The notes under the pieces: generated by a model
The model's input: the letters and a program-made list of their open reading frames with translations, nothing else
Databases searched by the model: none
Told to the model about the DNA's origin: nothing
Shown: positions 43,881 through 51,900 of the stretch, piece after piece
Layout: every line of letters begins with the position of its first letter
Position numbering within the stretch: position 1 is the first letter of the stretch
NCBI GenBank assembly: GCA_051952595.1
Contig: JBQCJR010000598.1
Span: 13,384-77,383, forward strand
From: Kofleriaceae bacterium
GTDB taxonomy: Bacteria > Myxococcota_A > Polyangia > Haliangiales > Haliangiaceae
Direction of reading: 5' to 3'
DNA: 64,000 bases
Position numbers and translations under genes: made by a program

Positions 43881-44216
43881 CTACCCCCTGGCTGCCCGAG
43901 CCGCCATCTTCTCCACCCAGCGCTTCGCGCGCCACCGTTGGCCGAACGTCGCCTCCACATCGGCTCCGTCAGTACCAGCGGCCCGCACGTACGCGGTCCA
44001 GAGTCCACCCGCTTCGTACTGCATGACGCCGCCCACCCACCGCCCGTGCCGGTACAGCGCGTAGCGGTGCTTCCGCGGCTTGTCGCGGTCGCGCCCACCC
44101 GCCCAGCCATGCTGGGGCCTCGGTGCGTCGTACGCGCTCGCCCTGTCCGGGAACCGCCAGAACCTTTTGCCCTGCGTCCAGCGGCGCGCGTGCACGCCGC
44201 GTTGAGTCGCCTTCAT
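43881..44216 (-). CDS. basic hypothetical protein (111 aa)
   Basis: Track ORF trimmed to ATG 44216 (GAGGAG upstream; ATGA overlap with the upstream stop). Confidence 0.6.
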   Translation of the reverse strand: MKATQRGVHARRWTQGKRFWRFPDRASAYDAPRPQHGWAGGRDRDKPRKHRYALYRHGRWVGGVMQYEAGGLWTAYVRAAGTDGADVEATFGQRWRAKRWVEKMAARAARG

Positions 44217-44617
44217 GTTCTGCTCCTCGCGTGCCCTACGGGTTCTTCGTGAGCCCACCCGGGCTCGAGCAACTCCGCCGGTGCCCCCGTCCACCCGAGG
44301 GCCGTCGCCAGTGCACCCATGGTAAACTGTCGCCCGACCCGGCGTACACCGCCCCGCCGCCAGATGGCGTGCTGGTAGAAGCGGACGACGAAGGTGCCGG
44401 CGCCCTCTACCTCAACGACGGCGAACGTGATGATGTCCCCATCGCGCTTGAAGCGGATGCCGGGCAACACCGACAGGTGCCGTGCCTGGAACTCGCCAGC
44501 GGCCTCCTCGGGCGAAGCGGCGTCGACGTTGTACCACGCGGACACCTCGGGCCGCGTCGTGCGGCAGCGGTAGATGCTCATCGCGTCCACCCCAGCGGGA
44601 GCAGCCTCAGCGCTCAT
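44213..44617 (-). CDS. hypothetical protein (134 aa; start 44617 or 44581)
   Basis: Protein-like part of track ORF 44213..44785. Confidence 0.5.
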   Translation of the reverse strand: MSAEAAPAGVDAMSIYRCRTTRPEVSAWYNVDAASPEEAAGEFQARHLSVLPGIRFKRDGDIITFAVVEVEGAGTFVVRFYQHAIWRRGGVRRVGRQFTMGALATALGWTGAPAELLEPGWAHEEPVGHARSRT

Positions 44618-45296
44618 CGAAGCACGCGACGATGAGGTTAAGTCGGAGCGCCTCGATGATGTCCTGGCGGAGCACCCCCTTCGCCCAGAGCTGCTCGTAG
44701 CCACAGGAAGCACCGTTCTTGGTGACCTCGGCGAGGTGGGCTCGGACCAGGCGCACCGACTCAGGGTCGGTCGCACGGGCTTCACGACCGAGATGCAGCG
44801 TCGCGCGATTGACCACGTTCAAGGCGTTGAGCAACCGCCTGTTTGCCGTCGCCATGCAGAGCGCGACGTGCGCCGCACAGCTCATCAGGACCGCGCAGGT
44901 CTTCGCCGCGCGATGCGCCGTGCGGAACCGGCCGGCGGCCTCCAGGTGGTGCAGCGCCCCGGCGATGTCGGTGGGAGCGTCTGACGGCAGCGCGTCGCGG
45001 CCGACAAGCTCCTCCACAAGCCGGCGCGCCGCATGGGGCGAGCCGCCGATCTCCTCCTGCAGCCAGCGGCGCATGGCCATCACGGTGTCGGCCGGGCCGC
45101 AGTTCACGAGCTTCACGTTGAACAGCCGTGTGTCTCCGCGCACCGGTGGCATCTTCGGCCGGAACCGCCTGTAGTCCACCGCGGGCACCTCGTGTCCGGG
45201 CTCCGGCATGCCATCGAAGGTAAGCGTCCACTCCGGGCGCCAGACGCCGAGGAACTTCCCGCTCCAGTCGAGCACGTGGATGATGCGCGCGGTCAT
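44607..45296 (-). CDS. hypothetical protein (229 aa)
   Basis: Track ORF with balanced composition. Its start lies 2 nt after the upstream stop. Confidence 0.65.
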   Translation of the reverse strand: MTARIIHVLDWSGKFLGVWRPEWTLTFDGMPEPGHEVPAVDYRRFRPKMPPVRGDTRLFNVKLVNCGPADTVMAMRRWLQEEIGGSPHAARRLVEELVGRDALPSDAPTDIAGALHHLEAAGRFRTAHRAAKTCAVLMSCAAHVALCMATANRRLLNALNVVNRATLHLGREARATDPESVRLVRAHLAEVTKNGASCGYEQLWAKGVLRQDIIEALRLNLIVACFDER

Positions 45297-45298
45297 CT

Positions 45299-45691
45299 TC
45301 AGCGACCCTCGAGCACGAGGTCAGCGAGAACCTCTCGCACGTCGTCCTGGCTGGCGCCCACGATGGTCGCGATCACGTCGATCGCGGGCAGGCTCCCGCT
45401 CTTGGGCCACGCCTCGCAGAGCGCGACGATACGCCCGCGAAGCTCGGCGGAAGGGGCGCGCAGCTCGGCCAACGCCCGCCGCCACGCGCTCGTGAAGGTG
45501 TCCAGCCGGGCCGGCGACAGCCACCCGAGCTTCTCGACCTCGGAGACAATGTTGAAGATTGTGAGGTCCGCCCGACTGGCGAACCCGATGCGCTCCGGGC
45601 GTAGGCCGAGCAGAGCGACCAGTCGGCGCGACTGCTCCTCGGTCTTCACCACCGCGCCGGCCTCGGCGCGCAACTCCTGCTTGCAGGGCAT
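45299..45691 (-). CDS. hypothetical protein (130 aa)
   Basis: Track ORF trimmed to ATG 45691 (GGAGGAGGG upstream). Confidence 0.6.
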   Translation of the reverse strand: MPCKQELRAEAGAVVKTEEQSRRLVALLGLRPERIGFASRADLTIFNIVSEVEKLGWLSPARLDTFTSAWRRALAELRAPSAELRGRIVALCEAWPKSGSLPAIDVIATIVGASQDDVREVLADLVLEGR

Positions 45692-45772
45692 CGTCGTCAC
45701 CCTCCTCCGCGCCGCCATGGCGCGCCCTTCGGCTCCTGCGAGGAACCAGAGGGCGGGCCACGCCCGCGCAAC

Positions 45773-45940
45773 TCAAGGCACCTGCCGCACGCCCAACACG
45801 TTTTTGGTGCCGAAGATGCGCTTCGCGGCGCGCTCGGCGTCGGCTTGGCTTGCGCCGTAGTACGCCCACTCCCACCACATGCCTTTGGGCGTGCTGCGGA
45901 CGGTGACGAGGAAGTCGAACTTCTGGGTCTGCTGCTCCAT
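45773..45940 (-). CDS. small protein (55 aa), not in ORF track
   Basis: ATG 45940 with GGAG upstream. Sequence: MEQQTQKFDFLVTVRSTPKGMWWEWAYYGASQADAERAAKRIFGTKNVLGVRQVP*. Preferred over the 95-aa track ORF 45697..45984 in another frame. Confidence 0.5.
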   Translation of the reverse strand: MEQQTQKFDFLVTVRSTPKGMWWEWAYYGASQADAERAAKRIFGTKNVLGVRQVP

Positions 45941-45982
45941 GACCGTCTCCTCTTCTGCGCCAGCTCAGCGCCGGCAACAGGC

Positions 45983-46010
45983 ACTATATCTTCTGGCGAA
46001 TAGTTGTCAA
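45983..46010 (-). promoter_or_regulatory. Near-consensus sigma70-type promoter TTGACA-N16-TATAGT
   Basis: The -35 is at 46010..46005 and the -10 at 45988..45983 on the minus strand. The leader contains GCGCTGAGC before the GGAG of 45773..45940. Confidence 0.55.
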
Positions 46011-46157
46011 GCCGTCGACGGTCGGTGCCGGATCCGCGCCTACAAGCGTGTCGCTCCCCGCGATGATCTCGTCGCGGCCGCCGCAGTCCTTACAGGGGAC
46101 TTCGCGTCCGCCACGCCCTTCGCCACGACCGTCACAGCGACGGCACGTGCTCCACAC
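45984..46157 (-). CDS. small DnaJ-type zinc-finger protein (57 aa), not in ORF track
   Basis: Hand translation from GTG 46157: VWSTCRRCDGRGEGRGGREVPCKDCGGRDEII...RQKI*. It has two CxxCxGxG-type motifs. Its 3' end carries the promoter at 45983..46010. Confidence 0.45.
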   Translation of the reverse strand: MWSTCRRCDGRGEGRGGREVPCKDCGGRDEIIAGSDTLVGADPAPTVDGLTTIRQKI

Positions 46158-46195
46158 CCAACCGCCTTCGTTCCTCGTGAGAGGCAGCGTAGCCG

Positions 46196-46738
46196 GTGAA
46201 CGCCGACAAGGACGACATGATGACCAGGTGCTCGTGGATGCTGCGCCAGCGACATGGATCCAGCGCGTACCAGTTCCGCACCTGGCACGCGGAGAACCTC
46301 GTCGTGGGCACGGTGCTGCTCGGTGTCCTCTGGGCGACCGGCGGCGGCGTGGCGGATGTTATCGCTGCCGCTGCCGTCTTCGCTGGCTTCTGCCACGCCT
46401 CCATCGCTGAGCGCCTCCGGGAGCGTGAGGCTGCGCGCCCCGTGCCCGCCGTCGAGTGCCACCGGATGCAGGAGGTCTTCTGGATCCTGAAGGAACTCGG
46501 CTGGCTGGCGTTCTTCGTGCTCACCCATGCCTGGCCCGCGCTGGCCGGCTGCCTCCTCTTCCTCCTCTACCCCGCGTGGCGCCGCTTCTGGCGCCGGCGG
46601 CCCCCCCTCGCCGAGGTCCCCCATGCCGAGGTCTCCTGCGCCGTGTGCGGTCAGCGCGTCGAAGGCCAAGCGATCGTCGTCGCCGCGCTCGTCCACCAAA
46701 GGCTCTGCTGGCGCCGGCGCGGTCTTCTCCGCGGCTGA
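46196..46738 (+). CDS. membrane protein with C-terminal Cys pairs (start 46196 GTG or 46217 ATG)
   Basis: Track ORF with hydrophobic spans VVGTVLLGVLWATGGGVADVIAAAAVFAGF and LGWLAFFVLTHAWPALAGCLLFLLY, then CAVCG...C. Confidence 0.6.
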   Translation: MNADKDDMMTRCSWMLRQRHGSSAYQFRTWHAENLVVGTVLLGVLWATGGGVADVIAAAAVFAGFCHASIAERLREREAARPVPAVECHRMQEVFWILKELGWLAFFVLTHAWPALAGCLLFLLYPAWRRFWRRRPPLAEVPHAEVSCAVCGQRVEGQAIVVAALVHQRLCWRRRGLLRG

Positions 46739-47552
46739 CGTCGAGATCTACGGGGGCGACAACCTCGTCGGCATGTGGAGCCTGGCCCGCGCAGGGCGTC
46801 GGTTCCGCCTGATCTACCTCGACCCGCCCTTCCACACCGGCCGGAGGTTCTGCACCGCCGCCGGCGAGCTCGCCTTCGACGATCGCTGGCCGAGCCTCGA
46901 CTCGTACGTCGCCTGGATCCGCTGCAGGCTGGTCGCCGCCCGTGAGCTGCTCGAGCGCGACGGCAGCTTGGTGGTCCACGTTGACCCCAGCGTCTCCCAC
47001 CACGTGCGCATCGTCCTCGACGAGGTGTTCGGGCGCGAGTCCTTCGCCAGCGAGATCGTCTGGCGCTACCGGCGCTGGCCCACGAAGGGGACCAACTTCC
47101 AGAAGGTCCACGACGTGCTCCTCCGGTACGTGCGTGACCCGAAGGTCGCCCCCTGCTGGAACCAACTCCACGAGCCGCTCGCTCCAAGCACCGTGAGGAC
47201 GTGGGGCGATCGTCGGCAGGAGGCGGTGCTCGACGCCTGCGGCAAGCGGCGGCGCTCCGCGAGGAGCGAGGCCCGGTCGCCTGGCGCCCTCCTCGGGGAC
47301 GTCTGGGAGATCCCGATCGTCGCGCCGGTGGCCAAGGAGCGCACCGGCTACCCCACGCAGAAGCCGGAGAAGCTCCTCGCGCGCCTCATCGAGGCGTGCA
47401 CCAACGCCGGCGACTCCGTGCTCGACCCTTGCTGCGGCAGCGGCACCACCCTGGCAGCAGCCCGGGCGTTGGGCCGGCGCGCGGTGGGCATCGACGAGAG
47501 CCCTGTCGCGCTGCGCGTCGCGCGCGCTCGGCTCAAGGGCAGAGCGACATGA
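46623..47552 (+). CDS. beta-class N4/N6 DNA methyltransferase (PF01555-like); start uncertain
   Basis: Motif IV LIYLDPPFHTG precedes motif I SVLDPCCGSGTTLAAA. The only in-frame starts are ATG 46623 (116-nt overlap with the upstream ORF) or ATG 46773. Confidence 0.8.
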   Translation: MPRSPAPCAVSASKAKRSSSPRSSTKGSAGAGAVFSAADVEIYGGDNLVGMWSLARAGRRFRLIYLDPPFHTGRRFCTAAGELAFDDRWPSLDSYVAWIRCRLVAARELLERDGSLVVHVDPSVSHHVRIVLDEVFGRESFASEIVWRYRRWPTKGTNFQKVHDVLLRYVRDPKVAPCWNQLHEPLAPSTVRTWGDRRQEAVLDACGKRRRSARSEARSPGALLGDVWEIPIVAPVAKERTGYPTQKPEKLLARLIEACTNAGDSVLDPCCGSGTTLAAARALGRRAVGIDESPVALRVARARLKGRAT

Positions 47553-47764
47553 GCCACGACACCGCGTCCACAGTCCCAGCCTCTGGCCCGTCGCCCTGCT
47601 GCGGCGTGGAGAGGCGAGGGGTCGCGCCTGGCAGTCCGTGTCCGTGCGACCCGCGCTTCGACCTGCGTACCGTGGCTGGGTATGGCCGCTGGCGTGAGGC
47701 TGGCGGGCTCTGGGCCGATGAGGGCTCCGGCAGCAGCCGGCGCAGGTGTATACAGGCGGCATGA
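47549..47764 (+). CDS. small Cys-containing protein (71 aa)
   Basis: ATGA overlaps at both ends (47549 and 47761). It is the tail of track ORF 47201..47764. Confidence 0.4.
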   Translation: MSHDTASTVPASGPSPCCGVERRGVAPGSPCPCDPRFDLRTVAGYGRWREAGGLWADEGSGSSRRRCIQAA

Positions 47765-48213
47765 CCAAGACCTCACACCTGAGCAGCGTGACCTACGAGC
47801 CGACGACGGGCGGAGCCAGCGCGGCCATCGCCGAGAATGCCACCCTCACCACGACCGATGACGTTGACACGCGCCTGTACGAGTTCGACCTGAAGAAGTG
47901 GCTGGACGACGCCGGCCTCGTCGCGTTCGACGTGCGTGGCGTTCTCGACGTGGAGGTGCACGCCTCCCGCCCCTCCGATGGGCAGACGCGCATCCGCACC
48001 TACAGGGTGGGGGTGAAGACGTGGGGTGGAGCCCTCTTCTTGCTGGGCGTGCCCACCCCCGAGATCGATCACGCCGACCCGCTCTCCGCGGGCTGGTTGG
48101 CGACCCTCGCGACGAACGGCTACACGTTCAGCATCGAGGTGTGCGGGGCCCCGGGCGGGCAGGTGCAGTGGCTGGCCGACGTCCAGTGGCGCCTGAACAC
48201 GTTCGCCCCATGA
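47761..48213 (+). CDS. hypothetical protein (150 aa)
   Basis: Track ORF trimmed to ATG 47761. Beta-strand-rich composition. Confidence 0.6.
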   Translation: MTKTSHLSSVTYEPTTGGASAAIAENATLTTTDDVDTRLYEFDLKKWLDDAGLVAFDVRGVLDVEVHASRPSDGQTRIRTYRVGVKTWGGALFLLGVPTPEIDHADPLSAGWLATLATNGYTFSIEVCGAPGGQVQWLADVQWRLNTFAP

Positions 48214-48218
48214 ACCGG

Positions 48219-48770
48219 CTACAGCACCGTAGGCGCCAGCGCCGATAAGGAGATGTAGTCCGGGCTGGCGCCAGACGGGATGTAGCTCCTCATCCTCACC
48301 TCCCATGGGACGGACGCACAGGCGGTTGGCGTATCGAGAACTGCCAGAGCCGTGACTGCCGGCGCCAGCACCTCGTCCACGCCAAACGACAGCGCGATGC
48401 CTGTGCAGAGGGCAGCGGAGACGACCAGCTCCGTTGGGACGACAATCTCCTGAGAGTATGCTTCCAAGGCTGCTCCATGCCAGTCCGCTAGTACAACTTC
48501 AACGAACTGCGTCGACGGGACCACACGCCCACCATACCATGATGCCGTGAGAGCGCGTCCCGGCGAGGTGGTGTGGATGCGTCTCATGCCAAGCATCATC
48601 GCGCATCGATAGACGTATGCCATGTTGAGTGTGAATCCAGGGATACCGAGGCGTTCGGCCTCGGCGGCCAAGTAGTGCTGCTCGTCCTCCATCGCCTGCA
48701 TGCGCGCAAACACAGCGGCGGCGCGAGTCGATGTCGTTGTATCGATGTTACCACCGTAATTGATAGCCAT
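48219..48770 (-). CDS. hypothetical protein (183 aa) in a lower-GC, opposite-strand insertion
   Basis: Track ORF trimmed to ATG 48770 (GGAGG 5 nt upstream). It is the lone minus-strand gene between plus-strand genes. Confidence 0.65.
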   Translation of the reverse strand: MAINYGGNIDTTTSTRAAAVFARMQAMEDEQHYLAAEAERLGIPGFTLNMAYVYRCAMMLGMRRIHTTSPGRALTASWYGGRVVPSTQFVEVVLADWHGAALEAYSQEIVVPTELVVSAALCTGIALSFGVDEVLAPAVTALAVLDTPTACASVPWEVRMRSYIPSGASPDYISLSALAPTVL

Positions 48771-48876
48771 AGCTGCCTCCATCCAGTTTGGGCACACGCC
48801 GCGGTGGTCATCATAGCAGCGTGGTGAACCCGACGCCCTAGATGGCAGCCGATGCCACGCGTTCGTAGGAGAGTCC

Positions 48877-50232
48877 ATGATCGTCGACGCCATGAAGCAC
48901 ATCGCCGCGCTCGGCGATCCCGAGAAGACCGTGAACTCCGACGACGACCTCCACGTGGTGCTGTGCAACGTGGAATTGGCGCCATGCGCGGTCGCGATGG
49001 AGAGCCCGCGGTTCACCTTCGAGACGCTCGCGGGTCGTGGTTGGCTGGTCCGGCTGCGCTTCGAGCGGCCCGATCGCGACACCGGCGAGGTCCGCACCGG
49101 CACCAGCCGCGCCGAGTTCGTCGCCAAGGGTGCGACCGAGAGCAGCGTGGTGAAGACCGCGTGGCTCCTGCTCGAGCTGACGACGAGGCACGAGCTGATG
49201 GAAGGCTTCCTCTACAATGGCGCCCGGATCTTCGACCCGCACCACACGGTGGACGCTCTGGCCCTCCCGAGCAGGATCGCCAAGGCAGTGGGAGACAAGG
49301 AAGCCGCAAGGAACTCGGGCAGGACCGCCGTGGATGTCGGTGGGTCGCACGCGCGCCCCGACGCGACACTCCAGGCGGGGCTCCAACGGATGCTCGCGGG
49401 CGAGACGGTGACCTTCACCTTCCCCGCGCCGGCCCCGGCCACTACCCACAGGCGGCGCTCGGCCGTCGACTTCGCCCAAGGTCTGCTCGCCACCACCGGC
49501 GACTGGCTCTGGGAAGGGCAGCGCGACGTCCTCGCCGCGATCGACGCGCACCCCCTCGTCGCGGCTCGATGCGGCCACAAGACCGGGCGCACGTTCATCG
49601 GCGCCATGGCGGCGCTCTGGTGGGCGTCGGAGCCCAAGCACTGGGCGATCTTCATCTCGGCACGCGGGACTCGGGCAGCGCAAGCGATCGCGTGGCCCGC
49701 ACTCGTCAACCTGGCGCGCCGTCTGCCGCCGACGATGGAGTGCCGCTACGCATCGCCGCTCAACCAGGTGCTGGAGTTCGCCCAGTGCCTGAGGGGACCT
49801 ACCGAAAGCGGCGTCATCGTGACCAACCCGGAGCGCGACTGGTTGGCAGAGCAGGACGCGCGCAACCTCCTCATCGTGGTCGACGATGCCGAGCAACTCG
49901 AACAGAGCTTCGCCGCCATCATCGACCTGGCACGGCAGGGCGCACGGGTCCTCTTCCTCGGCCTGGCGCTCGGGAGAGGCGATACACCGGACGACCACTT
50001 CGCTGAGGTGAACCACCAGATCCTCGGCCATGCGTCATGCGCCGCGTGCGACCTCGGGTGCTTCAACCTCGTGCACCTCGACGGCGAGCGGTGCCCTGGC
50101 GCGCGCAGCGACGAGGTGGATGGGATCCAAGGCCTCTCCACCCCGGAGTGGCGCGCCGAGATGGCTGCCCAGCACGGCCGCAACTCGGTCATCTACCAGA
50201 ACCGCGTGCGCGGCGAGTTCTCCGGGCGCTGA
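48877..50232 (+). CDS. P-loop protein with terminase-large-subunit-like ATPase domain and an unrelated N-terminal domain
   Basis: Track ORF of 451 aa with AGGAGAG upstream. Segments: WLWEGQRDVLAAI...ARCGHKTGRTF (Walker A-like), LLIVVDDAE (Walker B), ...NRVRGEF tail. No nuclease domain recognised. Confidence 0.35.
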   Translation: MIVDAMKHIAALGDPEKTVNSDDDLHVVLCNVELAPCAVAMESPRFTFETLAGRGWLVRLRFERPDRDTGEVRTGTSRAEFVAKGATESSVVKTAWLLLELTTRHELMEGFLYNGARIFDPHHTVDALALPSRIAKAVGDKEAARNSGRTAVDVGGSHARPDATLQAGLQRMLAGETVTFTFPAPAPATTHRRRSAVDFAQGLLATTGDWLWEGQRDVLAAIDAHPLVAARCGHKTGRTFIGAMAALWWASEPKHWAIFISARGTRAAQAIAWPALVNLARRLPPTMECRYASPLNQVLEFAQCLRGPTESGVIVTNPERDWLAEQDARNLLIVVDDAEQLEQSFAAIIDLARQGARVLFLGLALGRGDTPDDHFAEVNHQILGHASCAACDLGCFNLVHLDGERCPGARSDEVDGIQGLSTPEWRAEMAAQHGRNSVIYQNRVRGEFSGR

Positions 50233-50235
50233 ACC

Positions 50236-50436
50236 ATGCTCGCGCCCGACCTGAGCCCGGAAGAACGCCAGCGTCAGCGCGCCGCCTTCTTCGCCGAGGC
50301 CGCACGCTACCCGGACCCGCCGACGCCGGCCGGCATCATCATCCCGCTGTCCGCGACCCGCTGGCCCGCAGGGCAGAAGTTCATCCGCGAGGCCGACGTG
50401 CTCGGCATCCCCGTCACCATCGAGAGGCCCACGTGA
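50236..50436 (+). CDS. hypothetical protein (66 aa)
   Basis: Track ORF starting 3 nt after the upstream stop. Its stop overlaps the next GTG (GTGA). Confidence 0.55.
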   Translation: MLAPDLSPEERQRQRAAFFAEAARYPDPPTPAGIIIPLSATRWPAGQKFIREADVLGIPVTIERPT

Positions 50437-51506
50437 GCAACTCCGCCCTGTTCGTGCCCAACGACTTCGCCGCCCTGAACCAGGCCGCGCGCCACATCGC
50501 GCAGGAGAAGGACCATATCCACGTGTTCCGGCGGCCCAAGGGCGCGATCCACACCCTCGTGGAAGAGACGGACCACGACGGGATCGTGCGCACCAGCCTG
50601 GGAGACACGCTCGTGTTCGGCGCCACCCTCAGCGCCGGCGTGCACCTGTGGGTGATCCGCCAGATGCCTCCTGACACCTACCCCCCGTTCTGGGCCAGGA
50701 GCGGCCTGCACCACAAGGGACTCGGCCCGGAAGCGAAGGGGGCCTTCACGCCGCCCCTCCAGATCAACGCCTGGGGCAAGTACGTCATCGACCTCTACGC
50801 GCTCCCCAACGACTTCGGCAAGGTCGAGCCGAGCCATCGCGTGGCCTCGGTCGCCATCGAGGTCTCCTCCAGGTCCGGGGTGCGAGATGCCGTCGCCGCC
50901 GAGGGCACGCCGTTCAGCTGGGAGCGCGCTCATCAGGACGCGCTCGAGAACCTGCGCAGGCTCGACGAGGTGATCCTCAAGGCGCGCGAGTGGGAGGAGC
51001 GGCTCGCCGCGGTCGAGAGGCCGGCCCCGTCCCCGTCCCCGCTCCCGTCGCGCGCCGAGGGGATGGGGCTGACCCAGGCCGACGAGGAGCGCATCCGCGC
51101 CTTCAGCGCCGCCCACAAGGACCGCATTGAGGCGTGGACCGGGAAGCCGCTCGCCGACGTGTCCACGACCGAGATTTTCTCGTGGGCCTTCCTGGCCGGG
51201 CGTGGCGAACAGATCAAGGCGGCGCTGGACGACCATGGGCGGCCCGGCGAGGTGGCGAAAGCCAGCGCGGACGAGGAGCAGCAGCCGTCCAACGATGCGC
51301 CGCTGCCCGACGATGCCGACACGACCGACGAGACGCCGGGCATGCGGATCGAGGACCTCCGCAAGCGCATCGAAGACCTCCGGATCCGCCGCCTGGCGCA
51401 CCTGGTGGAACGCGCGGAGCACTGCGCGCACTGGCAGAACATGACCGGCATCGATGAGTGTCTGGACGCGGCGCTGAAGCTCGTCAACCAGCTCCGCTAC
51501 TCATGA
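50433..51506 (+). CDS. hypothetical protein (357 aa)
   Basis: Track ORF 50037..51506 trimmed to GTG 50433 (GTGA overlap). Confidence 0.6.
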   Translation: MSNSALFVPNDFAALNQAARHIAQEKDHIHVFRRPKGAIHTLVEETDHDGIVRTSLGDTLVFGATLSAGVHLWVIRQMPPDTYPPFWARSGLHHKGLGPEAKGAFTPPLQINAWGKYVIDLYALPNDFGKVEPSHRVASVAIEVSSRSGVRDAVAAEGTPFSWERAHQDALENLRRLDEVILKAREWEERLAAVERPAPSPSPLPSRAEGMGLTQADEERIRAFSAAHKDRIEAWTGKPLADVSTTEIFSWAFLAGRGEQIKAALDDHGRPGEVAKASADEEQQPSNDAPLPDDADTTDETPGMRIEDLRKRIEDLRIRRLAHLVERAEHCAHWQNMTGIDECLDAALKLVNQLRYS

Positions 51507-51805
51507 GCACCAGCAACGTCACCATCACCATCGGCGAGGCGATCCGGGATCCGGATCACCCCAACCGCATCCGGGTCAAGCTGAACGGCACCGGATGGCT
51601 GCTGCGGTGGGCGATCGAGGAATGCTCGCAGCCCGCCAGCATCTACCACCACATCGCCAAGCGCGTGCCGCAGGTCATCCCCGCGCTGGCCGTGGTGCTC
51701 GGGCTGCTCGCCACCGTCGTGCTCGGCATCTTCGGGCCCTCGTGGGCGTGCGGCCTCGCCATCCTGGTCACGTTCGCGGCGCTGCGCGTCATCGAGCGGT
51801 ACTAG
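51503..51805 (+). CDS. membrane protein (100 aa)
   Basis: ATGA overlap at 51503. C-terminal hydrophobic spans: VIPALAVVLGLLATVVLGIFGPSWACGLAILVTFAAL. Confidence 0.6.
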   Translation: MSTSNVTITIGEAIRDPDHPNRIRVKLNGTGWLLRWAIEECSQPASIYHHIAKRVPQVIPALAVVLGLLATVVLGIFGPSWACGLAILVTFAALRVIERY

Positions 51806-51900
51806 CGGCTGGCGTGCTCCTGATCACCACCGCCTTGACCACGGGGGGCGATGGAGCGACCCTGCATGGTGCCCGCCGCAGAGGTGGGTCAGGAGGTTCC

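Noticed and set aside
45697-45984. 95-aa minus-strand track ORF
   Set aside because: It is an S/R/P-rich sequence with no RBS. A 55-aa ORF in another frame (45773..45940) has a GGAG RBS and normal composition.
46521-47768. 415-aa minus-strand track ORF
   Set aside because: It is antisense to the beta-class methyltransferase, whose DPPF and DPCCGSG motifs are unambiguous.
48838-50031. 397-aa minus-strand and 384-aa alternative plus-frame track ORFs over the terminase-like gene
   Set aside because: Both are R/G/P-rich and motif-free. Frame 48877..50232 has an RBS, balanced composition and P-loop motifs.
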